Shown: one piece after another, positions 16,050 to 17,973 of the stretch
Layout of the letters: the number at the start of each line of letters is the position of its first letter
How positions within the stretch are numbered: position 1 is the first letter of the stretch
From: Gemmatimonadota bacterium
GTDB taxonomy: Bacteria; Gemmatimonadota; Gemmatimonadetes; Palauibacterales; Palauibacteraceae
Assembly (NCBI GenBank): GCA_051004775.1
Contig: JBPCJZ010000043.1
Location: 1-17,973 of the forward strand
DNA: 17,973 bases
Reading direction: 5' to 3'
The notes under the pieces: model-generated
Told to the model about the DNA's origin: nothing
Seen by the model: the letters and a program-made list of their open reading frames with translations, nothing else
The model's database searches: none
Translations under genes and position numbers: made by a program

Positions 16050-17227
16050 CCAGACAGCGACCGCGCGCCTTCGAGCGCGTCTTCGAGCGCGACGGCGCCG
16101 CTCTTTCCGTCGCCCTCCTCGTTGCAGTCGTTTGCGCAGGCTGCGACGGAGCCGGCATCGGACTGGCGGATGTTTCCGCGGGTGAGCTGTCCTGTGAATC
16201 ACCGGTGGTTCTCGGCGCCCTGCCTCCCGTCCTGTACGAGGCGTCGGGCGTGACGCGCGACCCACGCCGCGACGATCTCTTCTGGGCGCACAACGACAGC
16301 GGGAATCCGGCGGAGCTGTTCGCGGTCGACAGCCTGGGAAGAGTGCTGGCCGTCGTCCCGGTTTCCGGGGCCACCGATCGGGATATCGAAGACATCGCGA
16401 CCGGTCCCTGCCCGGAGGGAGACTGCCTCTACCTCGGGGACATCGGGGATAACTTTGCCGTGCGGGGATCCGTCACGATTCATCGCCTCCCCCTGCCCCC
16501 GCTCCCGGCGCCCGAGGCCGGCGCCAGTGCCGGGGCCAAGGCCGGGACCGGAGCCGGGGCCAGGGCCGGAGTCGGGGCCGACGCCCCCGCACTCGCGCCC
16601 TCCGCTCCGATCGCGCCTTCCGCCTCGTGGACGCTGGTCTATTCCGACGGCGCGCGCGACGCCGAATCCCTCGCCATCGACGGCAAGAGCAACGAGATCC
16701 TCGTAGTCACGAAAGGAAGAGAGGGGATCGTCGAGCTGCACGTCGCGCGGATCGACCGTCTCCACGCGGGTGGCGGTGAGCCGGACACGCTGCGGCGCGT
16801 CGGGAGCCTCGCCGTCCCCATCGGCAACAACACCGCCCAGTACATCACGGCGGCCGACCTGTCACCTGACGGCGAACGCCTCGCCGTGCGCAGCTACACC
16901 ACGCTGTACGAGTTCGCCTGGCCGCGGAACGAGGGAGCCGGGGTCTTCGACACGCTCCAGGCTCCGTCGCACGCGCCGCTGATCGGCGCGCTCGAGGCGC
17001 AGGGAGAAGGCCTCGCCTGGGACGCTTCTGGAGAGTCGCTCGTACTCGTCAGCGAAGGACGGGGAGACCGCCCTCCGACCATCAGTCGGATCCGGTGCGC
17101 TCCGGGGTCAGCGGCTCAGGCTCCGGCGACGACTCCGGCTCAGGCTCCGGCGAAGGCTCCGGCGACGACTCCGGCGAGGGCTCCGGCGAAGGATCGTCCT
17201 TCTCTGACCGCGGGGGAGTCGTCTTAG
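16046..17227 (+). CDS. Probable lipoprotein/secreted beta-propeller-like protein (SdiA-regulated/phytase-like fold?) with Pro/Ala-rich low-complexity linker and tail
   Basis: GTG start overlapping the upstream TGA (ctccGTGAcc). The N-terminal 104 aa of track ORF 15734.. overlap the previous gene and were discarded. Signal peptide MTRQRPRAFERVFERDGAALSVALLVAVVCAGC (Cys-containing). Propeller-like motifs: LFWAHNDSGNPAELFAVDSLGRVLAVVPV, DCLYLGDIGDN, LAVRSYTTLYEF. GA- and PA-rich linkers. The C-terminal (AQAP/ATTP/AKAP)n tail is encoded by the 12-bp repeat. Confidence 0.55.
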   Translation: MTRQRPRAFERVFERDGAALSVALLVAVVCAGCDGAGIGLADVSAGELSCESPVVLGALPPVLYEASGVTRDPRRDDLFWAHNDSGNPAELFAVDSLGRVLAVVPVSGATDRDIEDIATGPCPEGDCLYLGDIGDNFAVRGSVTIHRLPLPPLPAPEAGASAGAKAGTGAGARAGVGADAPALAPSAPIAPSASWTLVYSDGARDAESLAIDGKSNEILVVTKGREGIVELHVARIDRLHAGGGEPDTLRRVGSLAVPIGNNTAQYITAADLSPDGERLAVRSYTTLYEFAWPRNEGAGVFDTLQAPSHAPLIGALEAQGEGLAWDASGESLVLVSEGRGDRPPTISRIRCAPGSAAQAPATTPAQAPAKAPATTPARAPAKDRPSLTAGESS

Positions 17228-17462
17228 CGGCGGTGCCGCCCGTCTTCAAAGGCCCGAGAATCGAATTCACTTCGTCCTTCACCGGGCGTACGGGATCGGC
17301 TTCTTCGAGTTCGCGCTGGATCTCGTTGAGGCTGCGTCGGAACTCCCGCATCGCGCTGCCGAGCGATCGGCCCAGCTCCGGCAGTCGCTTCGGGCCGAAT
17401 ACGACGAGCGCGATCACGAAGATGACTGCCATCTCCGTGACGCCGAGGCTACCGATCCCCAT
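17082..17462 (-). CDS. tatA: Twin-arginine translocase subunit TatA/E
   Basis: MGIGSLGVTEMAVIFVIALVVFGPKRLPELGRSLGSAMREFRRSL matches the canonical TatA N-terminal TM helix, the G-P hinge and the amphipathic helix. Followed by an acidic Pro/Ser/Glu-rich tail. The start overlaps the HNH gene stop by 14 nt. Confidence 0.85.
   Translation of the reverse strand: MGIGSLGVTEMAVIFVIALVVFGPKRLPELGRSLGSAMREFRRSLNEIQRELEEADPVRPVKDEVNSILGPLKTGGTAAKTTPPRSEKDDPSPEPSPESSPEPSPEPEPESSPEPEPLTPERTGSD
17109..17192. repeat. 12-bp tandem repeat CTCCGGCGANGN x ~6.5 copies, coding on both strands
   Basis: Read directly: ctccggcgacga ctccggctcagg ctccggcgaagg ctccggcgacga ctccggcgaggg ctccggcgaagg. On the plus strand it encodes APATTPAQAPAKAPATTPARAPAK; on the minus strand it encodes SPEPSPESSPEPSPEPEPESSPEPEP. 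Confidence 0.85.
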
Positions 17463-17973
17463 CGCCGGGGGGTTCAGAGAGGGCCTGCAGCGTGGACTCG
17501 CCGTAGAACATGCTGACGTAGCGCGCCTGGATCGGCGTCACCCTGCGCACGGCCCAGATGAGTTCGACGCCGGTCGGCTCGGCCGGCGTCGTGTGCAGCC
17601 GCAGATGCGCCTCCTCCGGCGTTTGGTTCCCCTTCCGGAGATTGCAGCGGCTGCAAGCGGTGACGACGTTGACCCATGTGTTGTCGCCGCCGCGGGAGAG
17701 CGGTAACACGTGGTCACGCGTGAGCGACTCACGATAGCCGAGTTCCTTTCTGTGTCGACCGCAGTACTGGCAACTGTAGCTGTCGCGGGCGAACAAGAAG
17801 GTGTTGGTCACCTGGCGCCGGAAGCGGCGCGGCACGTTGATGAACCGGACGAGTCGGATGACCACGGGCGCGGGAAAACTCGCCGTCTCCGAGCGGTAGG
17901 GTCGCCGCTCGTCGACTTCGAGCGCCTCGGCCTTTCCGTCGATGACGAGCCGAAGCGCCCGCCGGACCGGCAG
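17449..17973 (-). CDS. HNH endonuclease family protein, 5' end truncated by the window edge
   Basis: HNH motif: CQYCGRHRKELGYRESLTRDHVLPLSRGGDNTWVNVVTACSRCNLRKGN. I translated the minus strand by hand from 17866 to 17973 and it stays open with no stop (LPVRRALRLVIDGKAEALEVDERRPYRSEDGSAFPAPV-VIRLVRF...). The GTG at 17865 reported by the track is therefore internal, and the CDS continues past 17973. Confidence 0.8.
   Translation of the reverse strand: MPVRRALRLVIDGKAEALEVDERRPYRSETASFPAPVVIRLVRFINVPRRFRRQVTNTFLFARDSYSCQYCGRHRKELGYRESLTRDHVLPLSRGGDNTWVNVVTACSRCNLRKGNQTPEEAHLRLHTTPAEPTGVELIWAVRRVTPIQARYVSMFYGESTLQALSEPPGDGDR

Noticed and set aside
15312-16265. 317-aa minus-strand ORF antisense to genes 14793..17227
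   Set aside because: Arg/Pro-rich (RRKERRRRARRRARRRA) composition and no start context; a spurious open frame.

Overview
This is a high-GC (~70%) bacterial chromosomal window; the gene content is consistent with a Gram-negative lineage such as Gemmatimonadota or Acidobacteriota (inference only). Nearly every long ORF on either strand is open, so calls rest on recognisable protein motifs, signal peptides, ribosome-binding sites and start/stop coupling. My hand-counted coordinates disagreed with the ORF track by 1 nt in places; coordinates I derived myself carry about +/-2 nt uncertainty. Gene order:
- Minus strand, 67-9701: flotillin <- NfeD/YqiJ <- DUF417-like membrane protein <- DASS/SLC13 anion transporter with TrkA-C domains <- repeat-rich secreted hypothetical <- a 1383-aa CheB-CheR-PAS-HisKA-HATPase-REC mega-hybrid sensor kinase.
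- Plus strand, 9936-13348: a DUF5916/CBM9-like outer-membrane protein, then a stand-alone CheY-like receiver, divergent from the kinase across a 230-bp intergenic region with a hairpin and AT-rich TATACT repeats.
- Minus strand, 13460-14664: a (2Fe-2S) CoxS-like subunit with no molybdopterin partner, overlapping (GTGA start/stop, consistent with translational coupling) a small metzincin (HEIGHMLGLAH) lipoprotein peptidase.
- Plus strand, 14793-17227: a secreted beta-sandwich protein and a beta-propeller-like lipoprotein, also joined by an overlapping GTGA.
- Minus strand, 17082 to the window edge: tatA and an HNH endonuclease cut off at the edge.
There is no CRISPR array, tRNA, rRNA or obvious mobile element. 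No classical defence or toxin system is evident. The most unusual signals are:
- a hypervariable-looking locus at 4610-5350, with a 9-bp x7 repeat at the gene start plus a perfect 19-bp in-frame-breaking tandem duplication inside the CDS;
- a 12-bp x6 tandem repeat that both convergent genes tatA and the upstream lipoprotein read through in an overlapping 146-bp segment;
- the giant CheBR-hybrid kinase module;
- the orphan 2Fe-2S/metzincin pair;
- isolated AT-rich repeat islands (TATACT, TTCCCAAT) in otherwise GC-rich intergenic DNA.
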